Numbered from the stretch's first letter, positions 1-8,678 are shown. The stretch is DNA of 37,787 bases from Oscillospiraceae bacterium (GCA_902796165.1 CADBOD010000020.1:1-37787), one strand, 5' to 3'. Translations and numbers: made by a program. The notes: a model not told the origin generated them from the sequence alone.

Positions 1-77
1 CAACAGCTGATATTACAAGAGATGAACGTTTGCAAGTTGTAGGTTACGGAGATATTTTAACTACTTTATTGCGATAA
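1..77 (+). CDS. 3' end of an unidentified CDS (partial, runs off the window start)
   Basis: Frame 3 is open from the window edge to TAA at 75-77 (...TADITRDERLQVVGYGDILTTLLR*). A hairpin terminator follows about 50 nt later. The fragment is too short to identify. Confidence 0.3.
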   Translation, partial: TADITRDERLQVVGYGDILTTLLR

Positions 78-124
78 AATCTTACTAAAAAGTATGGCGG
101 CCTCGACATACCACGCGCCGAAGG

Positions 125-154
125 CGCAAAAAGCGGCGGATTTAACCGCCGCTT
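125..154 (-). terminator. Rho-independent terminator after valS (usable from both strands)
   Basis: Stem aagcggcgg / ccgccgctt (131-139 / 146-154) with a 6-nt loop. On the minus strand it is followed by TTTTT; on the plus strand by TTTTA. It starts 3 nt after the valS stop. Confidence 0.8.
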
Positions 155-157
155 TTA

Positions 158-2791
158 TCATTTTTTAAGCCTTTCGATACTGCTTTCAATAAGTTTTATT
201 TTTTGAAGCGCTTTACTAAGGCCGTCCTTTTGCTTTTCGACTACCGCTTCGGGAGCTTTTGCGATAAAGCCCTTATTATTGAGCTTACTTTCAAAGAATT
301 TCTTATCGTCAAGTGCCTTTGAAAGCTCCTTATTCAGCCTTTCGAGCTCTGCGTTTATATCGACAAGCTCATTCATAGGCATATATGCCGTTGCGGAATC
401 GGTAACTATACAAACGGCGGTATCATCGTCATAAGAATCCACAACCGTACTGCCCGACGCATAAGCCAAGCGGCAGATATATGCCGCGCCGCCTTTAAAG
501 GTTTCGGGATAATCGGTTTTAATAAATACCTGTGCTTTCTTTGAGGGCGGAACATTCATTTCTGCCCTGCGGTTTCTCACTGCCTTAATTACCTGCATAA
601 TACGCTCAAACTCAATTTCCTCGGTTGAAAAATCGAGCTTTTCATCGTATTTCGGGAACTCGCTTATCATAATAATTTCGTCCCCTGCGGATTTAGGCAG
701 GCTTTGCCAGATTTCCTCCGTGATAAACGGCATAAAGGGATGAAGAAGTTTAAGTGTGCCGCCGAATACGAAAAGCAGAACCGCTCTTGCGGTATCCGCC
801 GCCAGGCTATCTTCGCCGTTTAAGCGGGACTTACAAATCTCTATATACCAATCGCAGAAAACATCCCATATAAAATCATAGAGTTTTCCTACCGCTATAC
901 CAAGCTCGAACTTATCGAGATTTACGGTAACATCTTTTGCAAGTGTATTATACTTTGAAATTATCCATTTATCTTCAAGAGCCAAATCCGATGTTTTAAA
1001 TTCGGGCGCCTTATCGCCTTCAAGGTTCATAAGAATAAACCTTGCGGCGTTCCAAATCTTATTTGCAAAATTCCGGCTTGCCTCAACGCGCTCGGGTATA
1101 TAGCGCATATCATTACCGGGGCTATTACCGGTAGCAAGAGAAAACCTGAGTGCATCGGCGCCGTAGTTATCGATAACTTCAAGCGGGTCAACGCCGTTGC
1201 CGAGCGATTTTGACATTTTTCTGCCCTGCGAATCGCGGACAAGACCGTGAATAAGCACGGTATTAAACGGCACTTCGCCGGTATGCTCTATTCCTGAGAA
1301 CATCATACGCATAACCCAGAACGGTATTATATCGTAGCCGGTGACAAGAGTATTTGTAGGATAATAATGTTTAAGGTCGGCGGTGTTCTCCGGCCAGCCG
1401 AGTGTTGAAAACGGCCAAAGGGCAGAAGAAAACCATGTATCAAGTGTATCGGGGTCCTGATGAATATGTGTGCTTCCGCAATGCTCGCAACACTTAGCAT
1501 CTGTTTTACTTACGGTGATTTCTCCGCAATCATCGCAATACCAAGCGGGAATTCTGTGTCCCCACCAGAGCTGACGGGAAATACACCAATCTCGGATATT
1601 TTCAAGCCAATGGAAATAAACCTTCTCAAAACGGGAGGGAACGAATTTTGTTTCTCCGTTTTTAACCGCGTCAATAGCCGGAGTGGCGAGCGGCTTCATC
1701 TTTACAAACCACTGCTTTGATACCTTCGGCTCAACGGTGGTTCCGCAACGGTAGCAGGTGCCGACATTATGGTTATAGTCCTCTGTTTTTACGAGGGCGC
1801 CCTCCGCCTCTAAGTCCGCTACAATCGCCTTTCTCGCCTCATATCTATCCATACCGGCATACTTCGGATAATCCGAAGTGATTTTTGCATCATCGGTTAA
1901 AACATTTATAACAGGCAGGTTATGGCGAAGGCCTACTTCAAAGTCGTTAGGATCGTGCGCCGGAGTGATTTTAACAACGCCGGTACCGAAATCGATTTCA
2001 ACATAATCGTCAGCAACAATAGGTATCTCGCGGTGAACTATCGGCAAAATAAGCGTTTTACCAATAATATCCTTATATCTTTCGTCATTCGGGTTTACCG
2101 CTACCGCGGTATCTCCGAGCAGTGTTTCGGGACGGGTTGTGGCAAGCTCTAAGTAACCGCTGCCGTCACTGAACGGATAGCGAAGATGCCAGAAATGCCC
2201 TGCCTGGTCCTCATACTCTACCTCGGCATCGGAAATGGAAGTAAGGCAATGCGGACACCAGTTTATAATCCTCTCGCCCCTGTAAATAAGGCCCTTATTA
2301 TAAAGGTTTACAAACACCTCACGAACAGCCTTTGAGCAACCCTCATCAAGCGTAAAACGCTCACGGTCCCAGTCACACGAAGAGCCCATTTTTTTAAGCT
2401 GTTCTATTATTCTGCCGCCGTATTTTTCTTTCCAATCCCAAGCGCGGGACAGGAAACCTTCTCTGCCGATATCTTCCTTGCTTATTCCCTCTTTACGCAT
2501 AGCCTCAACAATTTTAGCTTCGGTTGCGATTGAGGCGTGGTCAGTGCCGGGGAGCCACAGCGTATCATACCCCTGCATACGCTTAAAGCGAATGAGAATA
2601 TCCTGCAAAGTATTATCAAGCGCGTGCCCCATATGAAGCTGACCGGTAATATTCGGAGGGGGAATGACTATTGTATAAGTTTTCTTTCCCTCTTCACGCT
2701 TTGCGTGAAAATACTTACCGTCAAGCCACATTTTATATATGCGGTCCTCAACTTCCTTAGGGTCATACTGTTTTGCAAGTTCTTTTGCCAT
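158..2791 (-). CDS. valS: Valine--tRNA ligase (class I aaRS)
   Basis: Motifs seen: PPPNITGQLHMGHAL (HIGH), KMSKSLGN (KMSKS), the CP1 editing domain and a C-terminal coiled coil. Start trimmed to ATG 2791 (MAKELAKQYDPKEVE...), which matches the usual ValRS N-terminus. The 28-aa upstream extension in the ORF track has no support. Confidence 0.95.
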   Translation of the reverse strand: MAKELAKQYDPKEVEDRIYKMWLDGKYFHAKREEGKKTYTIVIPPPNITGQLHMGHALDNTLQDILIRFKRMQGYDTLWLPGTDHASIATEAKIVEAMRKEGISKEDIGREGFLSRAWDWKEKYGGRIIEQLKKMGSSCDWDRERFTLDEGCSKAVREVFVNLYNKGLIYRGERIINWCPHCLTSISDAEVEYEDQAGHFWHLRYPFSDGSGYLELATTRPETLLGDTAVAVNPNDERYKDIIGKTLILPIVHREIPIVADDYVEIDFGTGVVKITPAHDPNDFEVGLRHNLPVINVLTDDAKITSDYPKYAGMDRYEARKAIVADLEAEGALVKTEDYNHNVGTCYRCGTTVEPKVSKQWFVKMKPLATPAIDAVKNGETKFVPSRFEKVYFHWLENIRDWCISRQLWWGHRIPAWYCDDCGEITVSKTDAKCCEHCGSTHIHQDPDTLDTWFSSALWPFSTLGWPENTADLKHYYPTNTLVTGYDIIPFWVMRMMFSGIEHTGEVPFNTVLIHGLVRDSQGRKMSKSLGNGVDPLEVIDNYGADALRFSLATGNSPGNDMRYIPERVEASRNFANKIWNAARFILMNLEGDKAPEFKTSDLALEDKWIISKYNTLAKDVTVNLDKFELGIAVGKLYDFIWDVFCDWYIEICKSRLNGEDSLAADTARAVLLFVFGGTLKLLHPFMPFITEEIWQSLPKSAGDEIIMISEFPKYDEKLDFSTEEIEFERIMQVIKAVRNRRAEMNVPPSKKAQVFIKTDYPETFKGGAAYICRLAYASGSTVVDSYDDDTAVCIVTDSATAYMPMNELVDINAELERLNKELSKALDDKKFFESKLNNKGFIAKAPEAVVEKQKDGLSKALQKIKLIESSIERLKK

Positions 2792-2871
2792 TATTTTTAT
2801 CAACTCCAAAAGAAAATGTATAAAATTCTTAAAATAGTTAAAACTTAATTTGTCAGCCCAAAACGGCGTTT

Positions 2872-2901
2872 GCAATTCGGGCGGACAGCCGCCCGAATTG
2901 C
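2872..2901 (-). terminator. Strong 13-bp hairpin between the topoisomerase A gene and valS (possible terminator or processing site)
   Basis: Perfect stem gcaattcgggcgg / ccgcccgaattgc with a 4-nt loop. The T-tract is good on the plus strand (gttttacgcttttt). It is poor on the minus (coding) strand (aaacgccgtttt), so termination of minus-strand transcripts is uncertain. Confidence 0.45.
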
Positions 2902-2926
2902 GTTTTACGCTTTTTGAGCGGTTTTT

Positions 2927-5170
2927 TTATAAATCCAATTTAGTTTGCGCCGCGCTATCCTTTGGTTGAAGTGACCCTGCCGCGGGTAAATTCTTAGTTC
3001 GATAGCGGTGCTCATTTTCAAGTTTGCCTGCCTTATATACTTTTACCGTATATATGCGCTGGCCTTTTTTCTGCGTCATAACCGCTATACCGCCGTTTTC
3101 GTTCGAGGCTTTAAGCGGAATAGAAGCTGTGCTTACTATTAACATTCTGCCGTTTGTGGATTTAAGTATTATATCACAGTCTTCTTTAAAATGGAATACT
3201 GTGTGCAGTTTATACTTTCCGCAGTATGCTTTTATCAGCTTTTTACGGTTGGTCTTGGTTTCATAAGACGAAAGCGGAACCTTTGCTATTCTGCCGTTAT
3301 CAAACACAAACAACATAAATCCCGAATAGTCTTTGGTTTCAACCATATAAACAGAGCTTTCCCCGTCATCATACCCGAGCTTACCGGCAACATAATCGCC
3401 GAGCACGCTCGCCTTACCGTCAGAAAAATCTATAACTCTGCTTTTATACACCTGCTCGGCATTTGTAAAGAAGAGCAAATCACGGTCATTTGCGGACTCG
3501 ATAGTTTGCACTATCTTGTCCCCGTCTTTCAGCTTTTGCTCGCCGCTCATACGAAGTGACAACGGTGTTATCTTCTTAAAGTAACCGTCACGCGTGAAGA
3601 AAAGCGTTACAGGCGAATCATCAAGCGGTTCATTATCCGTATCGATTTCATTTTCCCCGGCGGCTACTATCGCGGTTTTACGCTCTGTACCGTATTTCTT
3701 TACAACCTCTTCAAGCTCATCTATAATAATGCGCTTGATTTTATTCTTTGAATCGAGGATTGATTGCATTTCTTCAATGGTGGCAGTCAGCTCTTCAATA
3801 TCTTCGAGGCGTTTTAAAATATACTCGCGGTTTAAATGGCGGAGTTTTATTTCAGCTACATATTCCGCCTGAATTTCATCAATGCCGAAGCCTATCATAA
3901 GGTTAGGCACTACCTCTTTTTCCTCAGCGGTTTCACGAACTATCTTTATGGCCTTATCAATGTCAAGAAGAATTTTCTGCATACCCTTTAAAAGATGCAG
4001 TCTATCCTTAGCCTTTGTGAGCTTGAAATAAACCCTGCGGCGAACGCACTCACTTCTGAAAGCTACCCATTCGCTTATAATTTCCTTAACACCCATAACG
4101 CGCGGTGTGCTTGCAATAAGGATATTAAAGTTACAAGCAAAGCTATCTTGAAGCGGAGTCATTTTAAAGAGCTTAGCCATTAGCTTTTCATAATCCGTGC
4201 CGCGCTTCAAATCTATTGTTATTTGAAGACCTGAAAGGTCGGTTTCATCTCTGATATCGTTGATTTCGGTTATTTTTTTAGCCTTTACAAGCTCAACTAC
4301 CTTTTCGATAATCGCCTCGGTAGTTGTAGTGGGAGGTATGGATTTTATATCGATACAGTTATTGGCTTTATCGTAGGTATATGTGCCTCTTACCTTAAAG
4401 CTGCCTCTTCCCGTTTCGTATATTTTCTCCATTTGCTCGCGGTTATAAAGAAGCTCACCGCCTATGGAAAAATCAGGCGCTAAAAGTGTATCGGCAACAT
4501 TTATATCATTATCCTTAATATAGGCTATGGTGGTTTCGCATACCTCTTTAAGATTAAACGAACAAATCGTGCTCGCCATACCTGCGGCAATACCCATATT
4601 GGCGTTTACAAGAACTGTCGGAAAGGTTACGGGGAAAAGCACCGGCTCCTTCATTGTAGCATCATAGTTATCTACAAAATCGACGGTATCCTTATCAATA
4701 TCCGCGAAAAGCTCTGCGGAAATTGGTGCGAGCTTTGCCTCGGTATACCTTGCGGCGGCACACTGCATATCGCGCGAGTATGCCTTACCGAAAGAGCCCT
4801 TTGAGGCTACAAACGGATGAAGAAGCGCACCGTTACCTTCACTGAGGCGCACCATAGTATCATAAATCGCGGCGTCTCCGTGAGGATTTAGCTGCATAGT
4901 TCTGCCCACTATATTGGCGGACTTTATTGTAGAGCCGTTTAAAAGCCCCATATTGTACATTGTATAAAGGAGCTTTCTGTGCGAAGGCTTAAAGCCGTCA
5001 ATTTCCGGTATAGCACGGGAAACTATAACGCTCATAGCATAGGGCATAAAGTTTGATTTGAGCGTTTCGGTAACGCTCTCTTCAACTACTGTGCCGGCGC
5101 CTGCAATATAAGCCTCTGCACTCGGTTTCCTTTTTTCTGAAACCGCTTCCTTCTTTCTTCTTTGAGCCAT
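2927..5170 (-). CDS. Type IIA DNA topoisomerase subunit A (GyrA/ParC family; ParC/topo IV-like, no GyrA box)
   Basis: N-terminal winged-helix motif PYAMSVIVSRAIPEIDGFKPSHRKLLY and catalytic-Tyr motif AAARYTEAKL are present. The tower and coiled-coil regions are followed by a short beta-pinwheel CTD with no QRRGGKG-type GyrA box. SD AGGAG sits 8 nt before ATG 5170 and overlaps the upstream stop. Confidence 0.85.
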   Translation of the reverse strand: MAQRRKKEAVSEKRKPSAEAYIAGAGTVVEESVTETLKSNFMPYAMSVIVSRAIPEIDGFKPSHRKLLYTMYNMGLLNGSTIKSANIVGRTMQLNPHGDAAIYDTMVRLSEGNGALLHPFVASKGSFGKAYSRDMQCAAARYTEAKLAPISAELFADIDKDTVDFVDNYDATMKEPVLFPVTFPTVLVNANMGIAAGMASTICSFNLKEVCETTIAYIKDNDINVADTLLAPDFSIGGELLYNREQMEKIYETGRGSFKVRGTYTYDKANNCIDIKSIPPTTTTEAIIEKVVELVKAKKITEINDIRDETDLSGLQITIDLKRGTDYEKLMAKLFKMTPLQDSFACNFNILIASTPRVMGVKEIISEWVAFRSECVRRRVYFKLTKAKDRLHLLKGMQKILLDIDKAIKIVRETAEEKEVVPNLMIGFGIDEIQAEYVAEIKLRHLNREYILKRLEDIEELTATIEEMQSILDSKNKIKRIIIDELEEVVKKYGTERKTAIVAAGENEIDTDNEPLDDSPVTLFFTRDGYFKKITPLSLRMSGEQKLKDGDKIVQTIESANDRDLLFFTNAEQVYKSRVIDFSDGKASVLGDYVAGKLGYDDGESSVYMVETKDYSGFMLFVFDNGRIAKVPLSSYETKTNRKKLIKAYCGKYKLHTVFHFKEDCDIILKSTNGRMLIVSTASIPLKASNENGGIAVMTQKKGQRIYTVKVYKAGKLENEHRYRTKNLPAAGSLQPKDSAAQTKLDL

Positions 5171-5181
5171 CCGTTTTTCTC

Positions 5182-7164
5182 CTAACTCAAATCTATATCG
5201 TCCATATAAAGATAACCGTTATCGGAAATGTAATCCTTTCTGCCGGAAAGATTATCTCCGAGCAGTAAATCGAACATCTCACTTGTCATCTGTGCTTCAT
5301 CAGGCATTATCTTTATAAGACGGCGCGTTTCGGGATTCATAGTTGTAAGATTCATCATATCAGGTTGGTTTTCACCGAGTCCCTTACTGCGCTGTAAAGT
5401 ATATTTTTCATCGCCTATTTTTTCAAGTATATCCCTTTTCTCGTTTTCATCGTAGGCAAAATATGTCTTATTCTTTGTGTTTATCTCGTAAAGAGGAGTT
5501 TCAGCGATAAACACCCTGCCCTCGTGAATAAGGGTGGGCATAAGGCGGTATATCATCGTAAGGATGAGGGTGCGGATATGAAATCCGTCAACATCCGCAT
5601 CGGTACATATTATGATTTTATTCCAGCGAAGATTGTTCATATCAAAGTTTGAAAGGCTTTTATTTGACTTTGATTTTACCTCTACTCCGCAACCGAGCAC
5701 CTTTAATAAGTCGGTAATTATTTCACTTTTGAATATTTTGTCATATTCGGCTTTAAGGCAGTTAAGTATCTTACCTCTTACCGGCATAATTGCCTGGAAT
5801 GCCGCATCGCGCGCCAGCTTACAAGAGCCGAGCGCCGAATCACCCTCAACTATATAAAGCTCGCGCTCTGATACATCGCGGCTTCGGCAGTCAACAAACT
5901 TTTGAACGCGGTCAACCATAGAATTACTGCTTGAAAGAGTTTTCTTGATGTTAATTCGCTCTTTCTCGCTTCGCTCACGGCTGCGCTTGTTTATAAGCAC
6001 CTGGTCGGCAATCTTATCGGCTTCCGCCTTGTTCTCTATAAAGTAGATTTCAAGTTGATGCCTTAAAAACTCGGTCATGGCATCGGCTATGAATTTGTTT
6101 GTTATGGATTTTTTGGTCTGGTTTTCATAGGATGTGATAGTGGAAAAAGAAGAAATAACGAGAACAAGACACTCTTCCACATCCGAAAAGGTTATCTTAC
6201 TCTCCCCGGATTTATACTTATTGGCCTGCTTGATATAAGCGTCTATCTGATACACAAACGCATTACGCACTGCCTTTTCGGGAGCGCCGCCATATTCGAG
6301 CCAGCTTGAATTGTGGTAATACTCCTTTAATTGACGGGTATTTGAAAAGGTGAGCGCCGCATTTATCTTAACCTTATACTCAGGCTTATCATCACGGTCA
6401 CGCCCCTTGCGCTCGGTGTGCCAGACCTGAACAGAACTCAGCTTATTTTCGCCGACAGTTTCATTGATATAATCCTCTATACCGTTTTTATAAACTATCT
6501 CTTGAGATATAAACCTCGAACCCTGCTGGTCGCGGAATTCGAATTTAAGACCGTTATTGACTATTGCCTGACGGCGAAGTGTATCAACAAAATACTCACT
6601 CGGTATATTGATATCGGTAAACACCTCAATATCCGGTTTCCAACGCGTTTTGGTGCCGGTATCCTTTCCGGAATACGGCTCCTTTTTAAGACCGCCCACA
6701 TTATAGCCCTTTTCAAAATGGAGGCTGTACTTAAATCCGTCACGCTTTACTTCAACATCCATATATTCCGCCGAATACTGCGTGGAGCAAAGGCCTAAAC
6801 CGTTAAGACCGACAGAATACTCATAGTTTGCGCCGTCATTGGTATTATACTTACCGCCTGCGTAAAGCTCGCAATAAACAAGTTCCCAGTTAAAGCAGTT
6901 TTCTTTATTATTAAAATCAACAGGACAGCCTCGCCCGAAGTCCTCAACCTCAATCGAGCCGTCTGTATATCTTGTTACAACTATTTTTTTGCCGTAGCCC
7001 TCTCGTGCTTCGTCAATGGAATTTGAAATAACCTCAAATACTGAATGTTCGCAACCGTCAAGCCCATCAGAGCCGAAGATAACGCCGGGGCGTTTACGCA
7101 CTCTGTCAGGTCCTTCGAGCTTTTGAATACTTTCGTTGCCGTATTCGGCTTTCATCTGAGCCAA
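5182..7164 (-). CDS. Type IIA DNA topoisomerase subunit B (GyrB/ParE family; ParE-like)
   Basis: GHKL ATPase motifs NSIDEA, EDFGRGCPVD, LYAGGKY and GLNGLG. Toprim motifs EGDSALGS and DADVDGFHIRTL. The start is TTG 7164, with GGAGG 7 nt upstream; the first in-frame ATG at 7155 is too far from the SD. Confidence 0.85.
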   Translation of the reverse strand: MAQMKAEYGNESIQKLEGPDRVRKRPGVIFGSDGLDGCEHSVFEVISNSIDEAREGYGKKIVVTRYTDGSIEVEDFGRGCPVDFNNKENCFNWELVYCELYAGGKYNTNDGANYEYSVGLNGLGLCSTQYSAEYMDVEVKRDGFKYSLHFEKGYNVGGLKKEPYSGKDTGTKTRWKPDIEVFTDINIPSEYFVDTLRRQAIVNNGLKFEFRDQQGSRFISQEIVYKNGIEDYINETVGENKLSSVQVWHTERKGRDRDDKPEYKVKINAALTFSNTRQLKEYYHNSSWLEYGGAPEKAVRNAFVYQIDAYIKQANKYKSGESKITFSDVEECLVLVISSFSTITSYENQTKKSITNKFIADAMTEFLRHQLEIYFIENKAEADKIADQVLINKRSRERSEKERINIKKTLSSSNSMVDRVQKFVDCRSRDVSERELYIVEGDSALGSCKLARDAAFQAIMPVRGKILNCLKAEYDKIFKSEIITDLLKVLGCGVEVKSKSNKSLSNFDMNNLRWNKIIICTDADVDGFHIRTLILTMIYRLMPTLIHEGRVFIAETPLYEINTKNKTYFAYDENEKRDILEKIGDEKYTLQRSKGLGENQPDMMNLTTMNPETRRLIKIMPDEAQMTSEMFDLLLGDNLSGRKDYISDNGYLYMDDIDLS

Positions 7165-7206
7165 AACCCTTCCTCCCGAAAAACAGTAATATTATATTCG
7201 GTATTT

Positions 7207-7236
7207 ATTATATACCATATATTGTGGCTTAGTCAA
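7207..7236 (-). promoter_or_regulatory. Sigma-A-type promoter for the topoisomerase B/A operon
   Basis: Minus strand reads TTGACT (7236-7231), 18-nt spacer, TATAAT (7212-7207). It lies about 40 nt upstream of the TTG start. Confidence 0.5.
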
Positions 7237-7247
7237 GTGATTAAGGC

Positions 7248-7278
7248 AAAAAAATGCTCCCGGAAAAACTCCGGGAGC
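7248..7278 (-). terminator. Rho-independent terminator after the M23 peptidase gene
   Basis: Minus strand reads gctcccgga-guuuu-uccgggagc followed by AUUUUUUU. Confidence 0.85.
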
Positions 7279-7293
7279 GAAACAATAATAATC

Positions 7294-8484
7294 TTATCTA
7301 AGTCCGATATAAGGCTGTGGATTTACCCTGTCAGAGCCGACATAAACCTCAAAGTGAAGATGGTTACCGGTTGAGTTGCCGGTTGAACCTACAAGAGCAA
7401 TAACCTCGCCTGCCGAAACATACTCGCCTACGCTTACGCAGAGCTTGCTCGCGTGAGCATAAAGGGTTGAAAGGCCGTTGCCGTGGTCGATTATCACACA
7501 GTTGCCGTAATCCCTGTAAACCCCGGCAAGAGTAACCCTGCCAGATGCCGCCGCCATAATAGATGTGCCATGCGGCGCGCGCAGGTCAACGCCCTTATGA
7601 CCGCCTTTTCCGTATGGGCAGGAAACCTCCCAAACACCTGAGGGAAGCGGGAAAGTAAAGCCTGAGCTTACAACCCTGCCGGCAGATTTTCTTGCCGTTC
7701 CTACGGTAACTATCTCATCAACCGGCTCTTTTATAACCTCTGAGCCTAATGTTACCCTCTCGGTTTCTTCGCCGTCAACATAAACGACGCCGGAGGTTAC
7801 AACTGTAACACCGTATTCACCGGCTCTATCCTTATTTACATATCCTGCCGGCTTGCTATCGGTTTTATTGGTAACGGTTTTATAAGGAATTGACTGCTCG
7901 GTTGACTCTTTAAGTGTGGTTTTTACGCTGAGTGAGGAAATCTTTTCACCAAGCTCGGATACATCCGCAACCTCACTTTTGAGGAAATAGCCCTCCTCAA
8001 TGATAACATCATCACAAAACTCGCTCTCGCATTGGGTGCCCTCAATATCAAACGCCGCCTTGCGAGCCGAAACGGCTGAATACAAATCAGAAGTATCGGC
8101 AGTGCCGAGCACTTCACCGTTTAAAATAAGGCGAGAAGCCGAAATTATCTCATCCGTGTTCTCGATTATGGCATCCGCTACTTCATCACAACTTTCCACG
8201 GTATCGTTTATGGTTACAACCGCGTTTATCTCCGCTTCCGGCAGGTATGATACCACATCATCGCCCTCAACAATATCCGCAACTATATCCACAGCGGCAT
8301 AATACACTTCTTTGTTGCTTACCGTTGTGATAACCTTTTTATCAAACTTAACATTGTATGCGAGCTTAACACCGCCGAATATCATACAAGCGAAAATCGC
8401 AAATACCGAAACCACGGAAAATGAAACAGCTATTATATTTTTAAAACTTATTTTTTTACTTAATGCCCGAGCTTTCGTTTCCAC
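7294..8484 (-). CDS. Membrane-anchored M23 family metallopeptidase with a G5 domain
   Basis: The C-terminus carries the LytM/M23 motifs HKGVDLRAP, DHGNGLSTLYAH and GNSTGNHLHFEV. A G5-like segment is present (VTVVTSGVVYVDGEETERVTLGSEVIKEPVDEIVTVGT), plus an N-terminal TM helix. The start is uncertain: GTG 8484 has no SD, whereas an in-frame ATT at 8508 lies 8 nt after AAAGGAG. Confidence 0.85.
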   Translation of the reverse strand: METKARALSKKISFKNIIAVSFSVVSVFAIFACMIFGGVKLAYNVKFDKKVITTVSNKEVYYAAVDIVADIVEGDDVVSYLPEAEINAVVTINDTVESCDEVADAIIENTDEIISASRLILNGEVLGTADTSDLYSAVSARKAAFDIEGTQCESEFCDDVIIEEGYFLKSEVADVSELGEKISSLSVKTTLKESTEQSIPYKTVTNKTDSKPAGYVNKDRAGEYGVTVVTSGVVYVDGEETERVTLGSEVIKEPVDEIVTVGTARKSAGRVVSSGFTFPLPSGVWEVSCPYGKGGHKGVDLRAPHGTSIMAAASGRVTLAGVYRDYGNCVIIDHGNGLSTLYAHASKLCVSVGEYVSAGEVIALVGSTGNSTGNHLHFEVYVGSDRVNPQPYIGLR

Positions 8485-8535
8485 AAAAGCAATACATTTA
8501 TTAAAAATAAAGCATTCTCCTTTATAAGCCTTGTT

Positions 8536-8553
8536 GGTTACAAATTTGTAACC
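8536..8553. promoter_or_regulatory. Perfect 18-bp palindrome GGTTACAAATTTGTAACC (operator-like site B) just downstream of the M23 promoter -10
   Basis: Read directly from the sequence. It is a perfect inverted repeat located at about +5..+25 of the predicted transcript. Confidence 0.5.
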
Positions 8554-8564
8554 GGTATAGTTTT

Positions 8565-8592
8565 ATTATACGCAAAAGTTACAAAATTGCAA
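8565..8592 (-). promoter_or_regulatory. Sigma-A-type promoter for the M23 peptidase gene
   Basis: Minus strand reads TTGCAA (8592-8587), 16-nt spacer, TATAAT (8570-8565). Confidence 0.55.
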
Positions 8593-8593
8593 C
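8578..8593. promoter_or_regulatory. Imperfect inverted repeat GTTACAAAATTGCAAC (operator-like site A) overlapping the -35 of the M23 promoter
   Basis: It has the same half-sites as site B (GTTRCAA-N2-TTGYAAC). The centres of the two sites are 41 bp apart. Confidence 0.4.
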
Positions 8594-8636
8594 CTTTTTT
8601 TAATATTTTTAACCTTTTATGCTTTCAATATGTATT

Positions 8637-8678
8637 AAAAAAACAACCGCAGAGCCGATGTTATAAGGCTTTGCGGTT
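8637..8678 (-). terminator. Rho-independent terminator after polC
   Basis: Minus strand reads aaccgcaaagcc, a 10-nt loop, ggctctgcggtt, then GTTTTTTT. There is one mismatch in the 12-bp stem. Confidence 0.8.

Noticed and set aside
2792-2875. N-terminal extensions in the ORF track: valS 2792-2875, rpmH 27219-27272, XRE 20695-20757, SipL-like 20361-20444, rpsU 21371-21391, pyrH 18727-18735, tepA-like 32516-32563 and degV 36711-36719.
   Set aside because: In each case a downstream ATG has a well-spaced SD and restores the family-typical N-terminus. The extensions are hydrophobic or odd and lack an SD.
8513-8515. A mini-ORF MLYF* abutting the AAAGGAG in the M23 leader, as a possible leader peptide.
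   Set aside because: The SD-to-ATG spacing is only 1 nt, which is incompatible with normal initiation.
8485-8636. A possible riboswitch upstream of the M23 wall hydrolase (for example c-di-AMP/ydaO class).
   Set aside because: The leader after the predicted TSS is only about 75 nt and AT-rich. I see none of the conserved G/C-rich ydaO elements. The palindromes look like DNA operators instead.
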